A stretch of 64,000 nt of DNA from positions 54,622,001 to 54,686,000 of the forward strand of contig NC_043003.1 in the NCBI RefSeq assembly GCF_006345805.1, read 5' to 3'. The first letter of the stretch is position 1. Every line of letters begins with the position of its first letter. Positions 1 through 13,407 of the stretch are shown in pieces. Both the position numbers and the translations under genes were made by a program. The stretch is from Octopus sinensis. Lineage: Eukaryota. Below the pieces are notes generated by a model, which saw nothing but the letters and a program-made list of their open reading frames with translations, was not told the DNA's origin and searched no databases.

Positions 1-500
1 TTCAGGAAATTGTGTATGCATAAGACTTAGAACTTCAGAAGGGTGTGCATATAATCATCTGTCATTTGTTTCGTTAACTTTTTGATCTTGGTCGAAGATT
101 TTCTCGTTAGAACCAAATCAAGTTTTCTTCTGCTGGATTTTTAAGTTTCTTTAAGAATCTTTTAGATAAGTTTTAGTGATTTTCTTTTGCTTTTTGTGAC
201 AAATTGACCTTTCCTCGTCATATAAAATTTATATCTGATGTTTTCGTGGACAACAGTTCTGACTGTTCCTTCTGACACATGGAAATCTTTTGCAATTGAC
301 CTCATGGACTTTCTGGGATTGTAATCAATGGCTTGTTGAACTTTCTGGATAAATTCAGGTGTTCTGATGATTTAAGATCATTTGGAATGTTTTTTATGCT
401 TTGATACTAATGATACGTTTACGTCTTCCGTCTCCAACTCCTTACAAACTTTGTAGAAGAAAGATATGGCAACTTTTAAAAATCGAGATATTTAAAACAA
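1..500 (-). mobile_element. Tc1/mariner-superfamily transposase fragment (DD37D/maT-like), decayed; runs off the window start
   Basis: Manual minus-strand translation gives RTPEFIQKVQQAIDYNPRKSMRSIAKDFHVSEGTVRTVVHENIRYK (HTH region), then KRFLKKLKNPAEENLIWF..EKIFDQDQKVN..NDR*LYAHPSEV..MHTQFP (first catalytic D region), with stops and frameshifts. Confidence 0.8.
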
Positions 501-906
501 GTTAAAAATAATGGCCATTACATATAATTCCTTTATTAGAGCAGTTTGGGCGTACAGCTGTTTTTCGGTAATCATTATAGGTACATTATTAATAGGTTTA
601 CTCAATTGGTATATTGATTAAACGAGGTAAATTGAATAACCTAAGAATATTAATGCTATTTTCGTCAGAGCCATTTCTGAAAGTAACAAGCAGAGCACTT
701 GAGGAGTGGATATGGTTTGCGGAAGGTGGGGGAAAGGCTGGGATGTTCAAGTAGAATACAGAACAGGAGAAGGCAACAAACAAGATGAGGACAAATATCC
801 GTCAAAAGTAAGTAATGTAAATAATGTACATAATTCCTCATCTCTTACATATACAACTATATCGGGGGAAGGCTGGTTACAATAGGGTGAGACAAACAAA
901 CAAGTG

Positions 907-954
<48 letters not shown>

Positions 955-974
955 TATATATATATGTAAGTATA

Positions 975-1135
975 TAAAGCGTCACTGAAGAGGTAACGGG
1001 ATGTGTGACGAAAATCTTAGTCGAAGTACAATAAAGTAACAACATTAATAGCGCCAAAGGGGAAAATAAATATACAGTGCGTGTATTTATTTGGCAAAGA
1101 AAAAAGTGACCATCCCGAAATATAACAATATCCGT
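975..1135 (+). repeat. Penelope-type terminal-repeat fragment with hammerhead-like motif (family 2)
   Basis: CTGAAGA at 985-991, gtaac..gtgac stem, GAAA; homologous to the minus-strand copy at 21065-21260, both ending in tgaccatyccgaaatataacaata; adjacent to (TA)n. Confidence 0.5.
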
Positions 1136-1299
1136 TTCAACACACGGTTTCATATCAAGAATCCTGCAAAGGAACTACATAAACGGAACTTGAGCCTCAG
1201 CCTGGCTAGCGAGACGTTGAAAAGTGCTATATGTAGTTGCCTTAAACAAACCATCACAACACAACATAAAAAAATGTTTGTTACCTCTTTATATATTAT

Positions 1300-1500
1300 T
1301 TGTTTCCATCTTTAGACTGCGGTCATGCTGGGGTACCGTCCTGAAGAGGTTTCGTGAAACGAATGGACACCAGTACTAATTCTCTTTTTAAGCCTGGTAT
1401 TATTTCTATCGGACTGTTTGGCCGAACCGCTACATTACGGGGTCGTTAACAAACATCTTTGAAGCAATGATGAGGAACAAACACCGACACAAAACACAAA
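1300..1500 (-). mobile_element. tRNA-derived SINE, 3' part (family S1)
   Basis: gactgcggtcatgctgg...gccgaaccgc..ttacgggg matches the full copy at 50321-50708. Confidence 0.7.
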
Positions 1501-1570
1501 CACACACACACATACACGGACAGCGGACACATATATGTTTGAGTGAATATGCATTTACATGTATATCTAT

Positions 1571-1656
<86 letters not shown>

Positions 1657-1984
1657 ATCCTATGAACCAAAGGGAAAAACCGAAGGGAAATAAGAGAGCC
1701 ACTTACTGTAATGTGTTTTATTTTTGCATGACACTATTGTCCAAGGTCTTTTCCGTATGCTTTTCTATCCACGGACATACCTAATCTGTTTTCCCCTTTT
1801 ACATTGACATTTCTGTGATACACGATCCCTATTGATCGGTCCCACTTTTATTTTTATTTTCACGATCCCTTTTGATCGGGATTTTACACCCCCTTTCTTT
1901 CCTTTCTCTTCTTCCCCAAAAGAAAAGCTCTACTTTGTATTTTGTCCCTTCTGTGTTCAGTCCAGCTTGGTCAATAAAGAAATG

Positions 1985-2055
<71 letters not shown>

Positions 2056-2643
2056 GCATGTATGTATATATAGTTACGTATTGCTAAAATTGTTTATTTC
2101 TTGATAACTAAAGAAGGTGAAATTTACAGAACTCCCACGTTTCCGTGACTTTAGATTAATATAAAGAAATTGGTTGTCGTAACATTTTAACATTTTCGCT
2201 GTCATTTGATTGGTTGTTTGATGGTGTTGCATGTTGCTGATCAAGAAACGTCCTTCAAACTTTTCGAAGGTGGATTTCAAAAGATGCCCATATGAATGTA
2301 TGTGTGCGCGTGCGTGAGGACTTTCTGTGCCTGTGTTCGTGTCTATGTATGTGTCTTTGAAAGTTTATACAAAATCTCATAAAATAGGTAAATAATTTTC
2401 TCAAGAATTAACTATGCAGGACTTAGCCTTGAACCATATCAACTGATTGCTGCAATATTAGCCTTGGAAGATCTTTTCATATTGTGGGTATGATGTACGA
2501 AAGCACTTTTGTCTGTACTATTACGAACCATAACATAACATATATATGAAAAGTTATTTCAAGGCTAACAACGCAGTCTTCGGACATCTAACAAGACATC
2601 CACGTTCATTTGGATTAGATGTTTACCGATCATTTTCAACTAC

Positions 2644-2906
2644 CTGCGACGATTTCATCCTGCGACGATTTCATCTCAATCGAAGGAGAGGAGCTTTCTC
2701 CGTCCGGGTTGCGGATCCGTGGAACAAGCTGCCAGACGAGATGGTGAAGATGCCGACGACCGCTTTGTTCAAAGCCTCCCTTGACCTCAAGTGGCCTGAA
2801 CTCTTTACATGAACACCACCCTGTACTTAACTCCATCTCCATGTCCCCCTACATGGCCTTGCTATTTGCTTTTGAGCCAAATTAACTAACTAACTAACTA
2901 ACTAAG
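2644..2906 (+). mobile_element. CR1/L2-type LINE 3' end, 5'-truncated, with (TAAC)n tail
   Basis: ORF-track peptide RRGAFSVRVADPWNKLPDEMVKMPTTALFKASLDLKW matches the CR1 ORF2 C-terminal pattern (FSxRVxxxWNxLP...FKxxLD); short 3'UTR and (taac)n tail; 16-bp direct duplication at the 5' junction. Confidence 0.85.
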
Positions 2907-3858
2907 TTTCATATGCCGAAAATACGTAACCGCGTGATCAGAATTACTAAGAACAATTTCATATAACAGGATGAACAATTTTGAACAATTTTGAAACTAC
3001 TACAATTGAGCAATGTAATCAAATAACTTAATATTCATTTGCATTAGCAAGACAATTAAATCCTTGGTTCTTATTGGTATTCTTTTCCGAGTCTGATGAC
3101 TGCAACTGACATAAGACAATGGGTACTCGCTGACAGAGAATTGGAGTTCATTGGTGTTCAGTTTTCATATTTTGTTGAGTGATATTATGAACTGCTTCAG
3201 AATATTAACCTCAATCTGCGTTTATAAAGATTATAATCTGAATAGTTATATTCATGACTGCTATGGGAGTGCAAGAAGTGCAAATGATGACTTGTACCAA
3301 CCTTTGGCATCTTTGGTGATAAGCTGCGCATTTTACTCATAATTTTAGATAATAATAGTTATTATATAATTGTTGTTTTGAACGCGATGTCCTTAGATAC
3401 ACAAAACAATGTCTATCTCAGCTATAAATATATTTTTCTGGCTGTGTAATGTAAAGCTGAAAGCAATGTTGTCGGAGCAGGAATTAATTAATGTATATTG
3501 AAAATTTGATTTATTAAAGCATCATCGAAAAGCATAGCTTATATGAGTTTGGGATTATTTAATAATATTTTTAGTGACTTCTAATTATGCGATTACTAAC
3601 TATCGCATGTTGTGGTGGATGGTTGAGAGATACTGCACATCGTCAAACTTATTAATACATCTACTCCTAGCAGGAACTTTGAAATTAATTTTTTGCTTAT
3701 CGCTGAAACTGAAGAACAGATTCATCGAATTACTGTCTATGTTGAGTAATTTACAGCGTACCCTTGACCTCATAAGCAACATAACGAAGTTTGTACCACA
3801 CATTACAATATTATTACTACATCTCGCAATTATTTCAGTAACATTACAGTATTACTAA

Positions 3859-4069
3859 TGTGGTGAGCTGGCAGAATCGTTGCCACACCTGGCAAAATGC
3901 TTTGCGACATTTCGTCCATCTTTATCTTCTACGTTCAAATTCCGGCGAAGTCGACTTTGCCTTTCATCCCTTTGAGGTCGGTTAGATAGGTACCAGTTGA
4001 ACATCATTGTCGATGTAATTGACTTATCCCCGCTCCGAAATTGCTGGCCTTGTGCCCAAATTTGAAACC
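3859..4069 (+). mobile_element. tRNA-derived SINE (family S2; central gcctttcatcc..gtcgat..gtaccag domain)
   Basis: ggtgagctggcagaa head, gttcaaattcc B-box, shared central domain, tail variant gaaattgctggccttgtgcccaaatttgaaacc. Confidence 0.85.
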
Positions 4070-7000
4070 GACATTACAGTTGTAAGTGATACCATAACGA
4101 ACAGAGACTACACTGTTTTACAAACTTGGGAACTTCTTTGTAGCAATTCGATTTACAGCAGCTTCAATTCACACATTACCCACGTGTTGAAAAAAGAATT
4201 CAAGGGACAAAATTATCGGCAAACCCCAGATTCTACGAGATTGCTTCTTCGTTATCGGTAGCTCGTAGTAAAGAGACCGCTACCAAATCTATTTCAAATC
4301 ATAAATAAGGACATAGCTGATTTAAACCTAAAAATGTAGTGACTGAGAAAGAAATGGTTATGTTGTTAAGAATCAGACTCCTATTAGACGTAAATCTGCT
4401 CGATTAGGGCACTAACAATAAAATTTCTGACAACTCCATTACATTCACATTTACTAATTCACTACACTCAATCACTAGTAACGTAACCAAAACAGACCCT
4501 CCATTACTGTCATTTGCACCGGCCTAGATTAAACACCAACGATAACAATCACTCTTATCACCACCAGCACTCAAAATTCCTCCACAACCAGAGATTATGG
4601 ATACTGACTCACAACTGCAACTATATAAACAGCACACTTAAATTCCTGATATTCTCACAAAAGTATATCATGTAATCAAAACATACAAATCATACATGTA
4701 TTGCAATATGATACAAATCAAATTAAAAGCTCGTTTACGGAAGTAAAAACAAATTTTATTATCTTCGATAATATTTGAATAGTGATAATACAGAAAGCCA
4801 TACTGGTACCTCAATAGAGAATTCCATAAATCTACGTAATATACTCAGATATGGAAAGACAGGCAAAAAGTGTAGACCTGATAACATATGTAAAATCATG
4901 CATCTGCTACATAGATACCATAAATGACACTCGAACATTACTAGAACACGGCAACACGCAAGAAATGCAACCATTCAGAAATAAAATCCCGTTACAAGTA
5001 GCACACCAATGCAATAAACACTAGCGATCTCACCAATGACCGACATGAATACATACGCCATTTTAGATATACTCCAGCATCTCCAAGGCTCGAGCCACCC
5101 ATTATGCAGTCACATTCCTTTCTAGAAATAGCAATCGTATCTCCGGTAACTGAATATATTTTCCCATTCCGTCTAACTATATAACTGTTATACTTCAATC
5201 TGATGACACCTCATCTGCAAACTTTAGCTTTGAAGAAGACTTCAACGTTAACCACAAAAATGTTATAGGATCATCACAGCGAAAAACAACATAACGTACA
5301 AGGCAACTTAAACGTTGCTCTGAAAAACAGGATTTCAAAGAAACGCGTTGTAGTCAATGTGGGCAGACACTAGTAAATAAGGTTTGGAGAAAAATTTAAA
5401 GAGGAATTCGTTGTGAGGAGTAAAACATTGTAATGATCTGGACATTTGTCATTTTCAATGAGAAAGAATATTTGAAATAACTATATGATTTTTTGTTTAT
5501 ATGGCTGAATACTTTTCCTAAAATGTTGTTGTTCAAAAAATATTGCTGTGGAACTCAGAATCTTTTTGAAAATCATATAAAATTTTATGCAACAGCATAA
5601 CTTCCGTTGTATCGAATGGACCATAAAAACATAATTTAGTGAAATCTCGTCATTACAGTTTGCGTAAAAAAATAGACAGAATCGTTAGCTTCTCCCTGAA
5701 ACGAAAATAATGAATATGGATGAGTACCTTGACTACCGCACGGCACTGATTGATATGTAATAAAACATTATCTTAGAAGTACTGGCTTAAGTGAAATTAC
5801 ATCCCAAAGTAGGTTCACCTGTTGCGCGTCCAAAACACTCAGAAATTTCAAGAATAGCTAACGGCAGTACTTATTTGTCTGTCTTAATTTAGTTAGATTA
5901 AGGAGACTACAGCAGCTTGAAAAAAACAAAACTAACATTATAGCTTCACTCGCTTCAAATACAATGAAGGCTTGCTCATCATTTTTCACAAGTATAAAAA
6001 AAAGGTGCTATTAGACTCTGATCGAGTACACCTTTTCCATTCTGCTGTGGGCTTCACAGTAATTTACAGTTGCACGGTGAATCAAGTGGCCCGGTGCGTT
6101 TCTTCGATTAACAAAGATAACAGAAACATTCCTTTACCTCACATTTGCACATATCAGCGCAGTAATTGTAGATAAAAAGACGTGATGGCCAACAATGTAA
6201 CGTCTATCATCTTTGTTGTGATTTTGGACTAACCTGGGGCTAGATAAGCATACAAAAGCCATAGAGAGCTAACGAGGGATACTCAATGTGACAGCTTTGA
6301 AAGATCAATACACAGTGGCTTGGTCTTTATTAATATGCAACCCTGCTTTCTAACAGTAAGCATTAATTTTACGCATATATATGAAAACACCTTCTTTATA
6401 CGCAGTAAATCAGGGCACATATGTTTGAAAAGCTAATCAACGAAAGTGCTTACACACAATACACACAATACAAAATAATCTTTCCGAAAGGTTTGTGACA
6501 TTATGTTTCCAGTACCATCTGCCCCCACCCAACTTTAAGTAGTTAACAACTTTTAATACAATCTTTCTTTAAATATTGTGACTGTATGAAGTATTTTGGG
6601 GGCATGAAACTAGTTGGTCTAATGATCTGGGTATTGCATAAGTATTGGTTTTTTAGTCAGCGTTCGCAGCATGCAAAGAAACCCTGCGAGTCACGAAAGG
6701 ATGTAATCGTTGACATTACCCAGGTCAATGAATTCAGAGAGGAATGAAGCGAGATAGAAGCCTTTGATGCAAGAAGAAATATAATAGAAATGTTATCGCT
6801 TTCAGGCGTTGTTTGGAAAGCATCAGTGGAAGAAGATGTATGTTGTGGGGTGTAGGAAAGTTGTATTGATTCAGATTAATGGGAAGTCACGAGAAAAATG
6901 AATGACTGCAGGAACTGAACCTACATTTGCATAGAGAGTGTACTTTTAGAATACTATGACAATTTACTGTTGTAGTCTTAATACAGTACAACTAGGAGTA

Positions 7001-7258
7001 TGTTATTAAGTGTACCTTTTCATCTAAACACGGCGTGCCGTACGTCGACGAATACCTATTTGGTTCTAAAAGGTAGACCGATCTCATAGCTGCCTTTCAC
7101 CATCAGAATTTCTCATATAGGAAGAGTTTGTGAGATATTATGGCGAGAAGTGATTTATCTATATCTTTTTATGCGCTTTGCTCTTGTGACAAACGTATAG
7201 GTTATCTTTCCCATTGTAATAGGTTTGTCTTCTATTTACTATATGCATACATATATAC

Positions 7259-7345
<87 letters not shown>

Positions 7346-7347
7346 GT

Positions 7348-7537
7348 GGGGATAATTCACAAAAAAAACAAAAGACGAAGACAGGTGGTGTAGACAACAA
7401 ACATGTGTATTGGTAAAACGGTCAGGACGTGAAAAAGTCTTTAACGTTTCGAGCCTACGCTCTTCCACAGAAAGGAACACAGAAAAAAACAAGGAGAGAA
7501 AATAATGAATGTGTAGTGGTTAGCGATCTATCATGCC
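7348..7537 (-). repeat. Solo Penelope terminal repeat (pLTR family 1) with hammerhead-like motif at 7438-7474
   Basis: Reverse complement reads cctttCTGTGGAaGAGCgtagGCTCGAAACGTTaaagac; homologous to 45368-45637; flanked by (TA)n. Confidence 0.75.
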
Positions 7538-7951
7538 GAAGACCGGACATATATATATATATATGGAAAAAGTCAAGGTAGAATATAAAATAATTTTATA
7601 AAAAAACATTTCAGTACCGGTTTCAGTCATTGACACTATTTCAACTGTAATTATGGAAAACAATTAAATTTGGGAAAAATTAAAAGAAAAATATTTTTAA
7701 AAGAAAATTTGTATAGCATTCAAATACAAGGGGCATTTTCCTTGTTTCTGCCTGTCTCCGTCTCTCTTGTTGGTAGTTTAGTTTGTGACATTCAAGTTCT
7801 AAATTCACTCCAGCTACCGTGGAGCAAGCATTCTCTCTTATGGTAAAGGGTGTAAACCAACACACACACACGCGCGCGCACACACACACACACGCACACA
7901 CACACACACACATACACAAACACTCACGCTCACACACACACTTACATATAT

Positions 7952-8494
7952 TGAAGGTGGCCCAAAAGTAGGTGTAAAGTTATTCAACTATCTTTTTGGC
8001 ATTCACATATTAAAAGTTTAGATCTTAATTATAAAAAAATATGAAACCATTACTCTATGCTAATTTACTTAATTTTGTCAATCTCCATTTCCAGTTTGTA
8101 ATTGTTGTTTTTTCACAGGCACTTTAATGTCTGAGCCATGGCAAACAATTTAAATCAAGATCTGATGCCAATGGATTTCTTTTTGGCGGGTGTTTAAAGA
8201 ACAAGGTGTATAAGAAGAATCCCAGAACAGTACATAAATTAAGAGATTACATTTCTGACGCATTCACTGAAATTGATGGAGATTGTAATTTGTGCCGTAC
8301 TGTGTGTAGGAGTGTTCTGAAAATGTTTGAAGAATGTTGCAATGTTGAAGGAGGATATTTCAGGCATTCGAGAGATTAAACATTGTTTTAGATGTGCATA
8401 GTCATTATCATGGTATGATAGAAATTCAAATGTAATGAAAAAGAAATTTAAAGTGCCTACGTGATAACTGTAAGTCTACTTTTGGTCCACCCTG
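7952..8494 (+). mobile_element. Internally deleted non-autonomous Tc1/mariner element (copy 1)
   Basis: TIRs ggtggcccaaaagtagg / ctacttttggtccaccctg followed by TA; transposase C-terminus DLMPMDFF..GCLKNKVYKKNPRTVHKLRDYISDAF...EGGYF at about 8158-8379. Confidence 0.85.
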
Positions 8495-8509
8495 TATATA
8501 TATATTGGT

Positions 8510-8673
8510 GAGTGGTTAGGTCGTCGAGCTTACGATCGCGAGTTTGTGAGTTCGAATTCCGGACCCGGCTGACTGTTGTGTTCTTGAGCAAGACACTTAA
8601 TTTCACGGATTTGTGTCTGGGAAGGTAAATTCCTAGGTGCAATCCCATGGTCAGTCATGACCGAAGGGGGTCT

Positions 8674-8677
<4 letters not shown>
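8510..8677 (+). mobile_element. tRNA-derived SINE fragment (duplicated at about 9323-9490)
   Basis: A-box gtggttagg and B-box gagttcgaattcc, then gtgttcttgagcaagacactt core; ends in (CA)n. Confidence 0.7.
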
Positions 8678-8714
<37 letters not shown>

Positions 8715-8764
8715 ACACACACACATACACAAACACTCACGCTCACACACACACTTACATATAT

Positions 8765-9307
8765 TGAAGGTGGCCCAAAAGTAGGTGTAAAGTTATTCAA
8801 CTATCTTTTTGGCATTCACATATTAAAAGTTTAGATCTTAATTATAAAAAAATATGAAACCATTACTCTATGCTAATTTACTTAATTTTGTCAATCTCCA
8901 TTTCCAGTTTGTAATTGTTGTTTTTTCACAGGCACTTTAATGTCTGAGCCATGGCAAACAATTTAAATCAAGATCTGATGCCAATGGATTTCTTTTTGGC
9001 GGGTGTTTAAAGAACAAGGTGTATAAGAAGAATCCCAGAACAGTACATAAATTAAGAGATTACATTTCTGACGCATTCACTGAAATTGATGGAGATTGTA
9101 ATTTGTGCCGTACTGTGTGCAGGAGTGTTCTGAAAATGTTTGAAGAATGTTGCAATGTTGAAGGAGGATATTTCAGGCATTCGAGAGATTAAACATTGTT
9201 TTAGATGTGCATAGTCATTATCATGGTATGATAGAAATTCAAATGTAATGAAAAAGAAATTTAAAGTGCCTACGTGATAACTGTAAGTCTACTTTTGGCC
9301 CACCCTG
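8765..9307 (+). mobile_element. Internally deleted non-autonomous Tc1/mariner element (copy 2)
   Basis: Near-identical to 7952-8494. Confidence 0.85.
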
Positions 9308-9486
9308 TATATATATATTGGTCAGTGGTTAGGTCGTCGAGCTTACGATCGCGAGTTTGTGAGTTCGAATTCCGGACCCGGCTGACTGTTGTGTTCTTGA
9401 GCAAGACACTTAATTTCACGGATTTGTGTCTGGGAAGGTAAATTCCTAGGTGCAATCCCATGGTCAGTCATGACCGAAGGGGGTCT

Positions 9487-9583
<97 letters not shown>

Positions 9584-11410
9584 CACATATACGGAGAGAG
9601 GTGGGGTGAGAGGGGGATATGGGGAGAGAGATATTCTTAATTCAAAGAGAAAGTAACTTCACTTCAGAGAAGAACAGAGCAGAAATTTTACGGTCGTAGA
9701 AGCAGAACATTTTGAAATTTTGGTCTAAACTGGGAGAAAATCTGTAATGAACCCTCACTAGGTTTAAATTCAAAGCAAATATTCACAAAGCAAAACCTAA
9801 AGAAACGAATGTCTGTAAACTTTAAAAGTACATTATTTCTCATTGTTTTAATTGATTTTTAAAATAATGTTTATTTCTCATTTTGTTCATAAATTTAAGC
9901 AAACTCATTATTTTATGGAAATTGGTGGTTTCTAAAAGCATTAATAGCCAAAACAAAGATTGAGACGAAGTAGTTGGTGTTGACGGCGCCTATGTAATGG
10001 CAGTAATGCAGATGATGATGACAGTGCTGGTACTGTCAACGGTGGTGTTACCTCTGGTGATGTTCTTGTTGGTAGTGTTGTTTATGACTTACATGGTAGC
10101 TTTTTCGGTGGAGAGTGGTGGTGACCATGCCAGTTGTGGTTTGTAATGGTGCTGCTGGTAGCACTAATGTTTATAGTAGTTTTGGTGGTAGTGCTGGTGG
10201 TCGTGGTTACGGAGTGGGTAGCAGTGGTTGTGATGAAGCAGGTAATCGTAGTGATGTCAATGGTGTAAAAGCTGGAGATTTGTTGGTTGTCTTGGTGTTG
10301 TCGGTGGCTATGCTTAAGGTGCTCGTTATGATTTCGGTGGTGCCGTTGGCGTTTTTACTGGTAGAATAGGCGCTGGGGTTGGGAAATCAAAAATGTCTGT
10401 GATTCTATTAAATTTTACATTTAATTTATTTCCTGTATCATTGGGGAATCACTCTTGGAGAAGTAAGAGACAGAAGAGTGAGTGAAAGCGGGTGTGAGAG
10501 ACACACCTTCACTGAGAGAATTCATGTGTGTGTGAGTGTGTGTGTGTGTGTGTGTGTGCGTGTGTGTGTGTCTGTGTGAGTGTGTTTCTGTGTGTCTATG
10601 TGTGTCTGTTTGTGTGTGTATGTATGTATGTGTGTAAATGTATGTAGGAGGATTTGGTTGAAATGATAGATAAAAGGGAGAAAATAAAGAAAAGTAGTAT
10701 ATACCAATAAAGAGAGGAGCGACAGAGAGAAATCTGAAAAACATGGGGTTGAGCAAAGTAATAAAGAGTAATTTGACAAAGAAAAAGAAGGAAAAGATTG
10801 GCGATTACAAGCAAAAATAATAAAAATATGGGGAAGACAGAAAGAGAAACAAAGAGAGGAGAAAGGAGAGAAGAGCAAAGAAGATGAAGACAAAAAATAA
10901 AAAGAGAACAAAAAATAGACCACTGAAAGCACAGAGCGTCAGAGAGGAAGGAGAATTAGAAAGACCAAAAAGCATTGGAACTGCGTAGTTCGAAGAAGAG
11001 TAAATAAATAATAAACTTAAAAAGAAGCGTAAATAAAAATGTCTGAATTACAAATACAGACGCCATCTTTCTTCCTCATTTTATTCTTATATTTTTTTAT
11101 ATCTATGGTTTATTGAAAATATTTTATTTTATATAATAATGTTTTCTTTTTTAGTGAAATATTTAACTATATCTATTAAACTCTGAAATTTGGCAAGTTA
11201 TAACTCAAGGGATAAAATAATACGAAATTCAGCTGATTGAAAACCCTCCTTCGGTTTTCAATAGCCAATAGTATTTTATAAAATGAAATTGATTTTACAT
11301 TTGCTGCTGCAGGAAATTCATTCATGATAATAAAACACAATAATATTAATAAAAAAAAAATCAAAAAATCGATACTAAAGTAAATTAGAAGAAAATAAAT
11401 GTATTAATTT

Positions 11411-11454
<44 letters not shown>

Positions 11455-11492
11455 GTGTGTGTGTGTGTGTGAGTGTGTGCTTATATGTGAGA

Positions 11493-11536
<44 letters not shown>

Positions 11537-11780
11537 GCATATATGTACATGTATATATATACACATATACAAATACATTCATATGCATATGTGTATATAT
11601 ATATATGCATACATATATACATACATATGTATTAGCATATATATATATGTATGTATATATATATGTATATATATGTATATATACATACATATATATATTT
11701 ATCGATATATGTATGTATATATATATATAGATAATATATAAATATATGCATACATACATATATGTACATACCTATATATA

Positions 11781-11823
<43 letters not shown>

Positions 11824-12315
11824 TTTATGTATATATACTTATATACATACACACATATATATATGTATGTATATATATATATGTATATATATATATGTAT
11901 ATATATATGTATATATATGTACTTGCTTATATGTATGTATAATTGAATACATTGAAAAATCTATATAGTCTCCTTGCTTACAATATGGTCGTTTTCCAAC
12001 ATAAGCGTCCTTACAGAAAATGTTTTCACGCAGTACGACATTTGAACAATGCAACACAATTTCACTTAGTTCATTAACACTATTCGAAATCTTTTCAATC
12101 ACCTGGTGATTTCAGATCAATTAAGACTAATTTCAATACCTGTACAAATGAGTTAATGTTCATATCGTTCTTTTACATGCATTAAAAATTGAATATTAAC
12201 TATTTCGTTGTTAAATGAAAGCATTTGGACTCCATTCACAAAACACATTAAATGGAAAGAAAAGAGTGTTATGTACACATATACATACAAGCATGCATAC
12301 ATACATACTTTCATT

Positions 12316-12367
<52 letters not shown>

Positions 12368-12411
12368 AATATATATATACACACATATATATACATATAT
12401 ATGAATATATA

Positions 12412-12464
<53 letters not shown>

Positions 12465-13132
12465 GCATACACACACACACACATACACACATATATATAT
12501 ATGTATCGGTAAATATATAGATGGACAGATAGTTAGATATTCATATATATATATATTATATATATATATATGCATAATATATGACTATATATATGGGTAT
12601 GTGTATCTTTCTACACACACATACGCATATATAACTATATGGACACACACACACACACATACATATATATATATACATATACATATAGTAGATGAATTTG
12701 TGTGTATATATCTGTACATATATCTCTGTGTATATATATCTTTATCTAATTCTGTATCTAACTGTACGTATGTATGAGTGCGTCTTTGTGAAAAATCAAG
12801 TTCGCTGTAAACAAGTGAGAGATCTTATTTATAACTTTGAACAGGCAAATCAAGCTGTTGACAACGTTTGAGTACTACGTACTTCTGAACATCATAGTAT
12901 TTCACTTACGAAAGTTTCGCTTCCGTCGCTATCACTATATAAGATTTTCAACTTCACTTGAGTGCGGAACTTTATTCCAGAATGCAATGCTTTTTACATT
13001 CCATCGCTATATGAGAACGAAGAACAATGGTGTCTTTGGTTGCCTATTTGCAATGGAGAGATCATTGGCTCACTGAAATCTAATGGAAAGAGGGCGATAG
13101 AGAGAAGGAGAGAGAGAGAGAGAGCGAGAGAG

Positions 13133-13181
<49 letters not shown>

Positions 13182-13407
13182 TACTGTGAAAATGACGAAG
13201 AGAAATTGTGAACGATAACTGAATATCTATCTCAATGTAGAACACCCCGCACTGTACTTCATGCGTAATGTAATATTTGATTAGGTTTCCACTATCAGCA
13301 GAAAGAATTACTTTTAGAATGCATGATATAACATAACCCAATCGAAACTCTCTATGAGTAAAAGTTAACTTAACCCCCAAAATTTCGAAAGAATATAAAT
13401 TGATAAC

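Larger units (their letters stand above)
7909..9500. repeat. Tandem duplication with 813-bp period
   Basis: ORF-track entries 8457..8648 and 9270..9461 are offset by 813; I see about 3 substitutions between copies; boundaries lie in (CA)n. Confidence 0.95.

Noticed and set aside
2420-2487. AG/GT-bounded open frame GLSLEPYQLIAAILALEDLFILW
   Set aside because: Weak polypyrimidine tract and no recognisable homology; such frames are expected by chance in 64 kb
10115-10369. Gly/Val-rich ORF
   Set aside because: Decayed (GTG/GGT)n low-complexity sequence
11375-12777. Many overlapping YI/IY/HT/CV-rich ORFs here and throughout the window
   Set aside because: They are translations of (TA)n, (CA)n, (TATC)n and (TATG)n microsatellites
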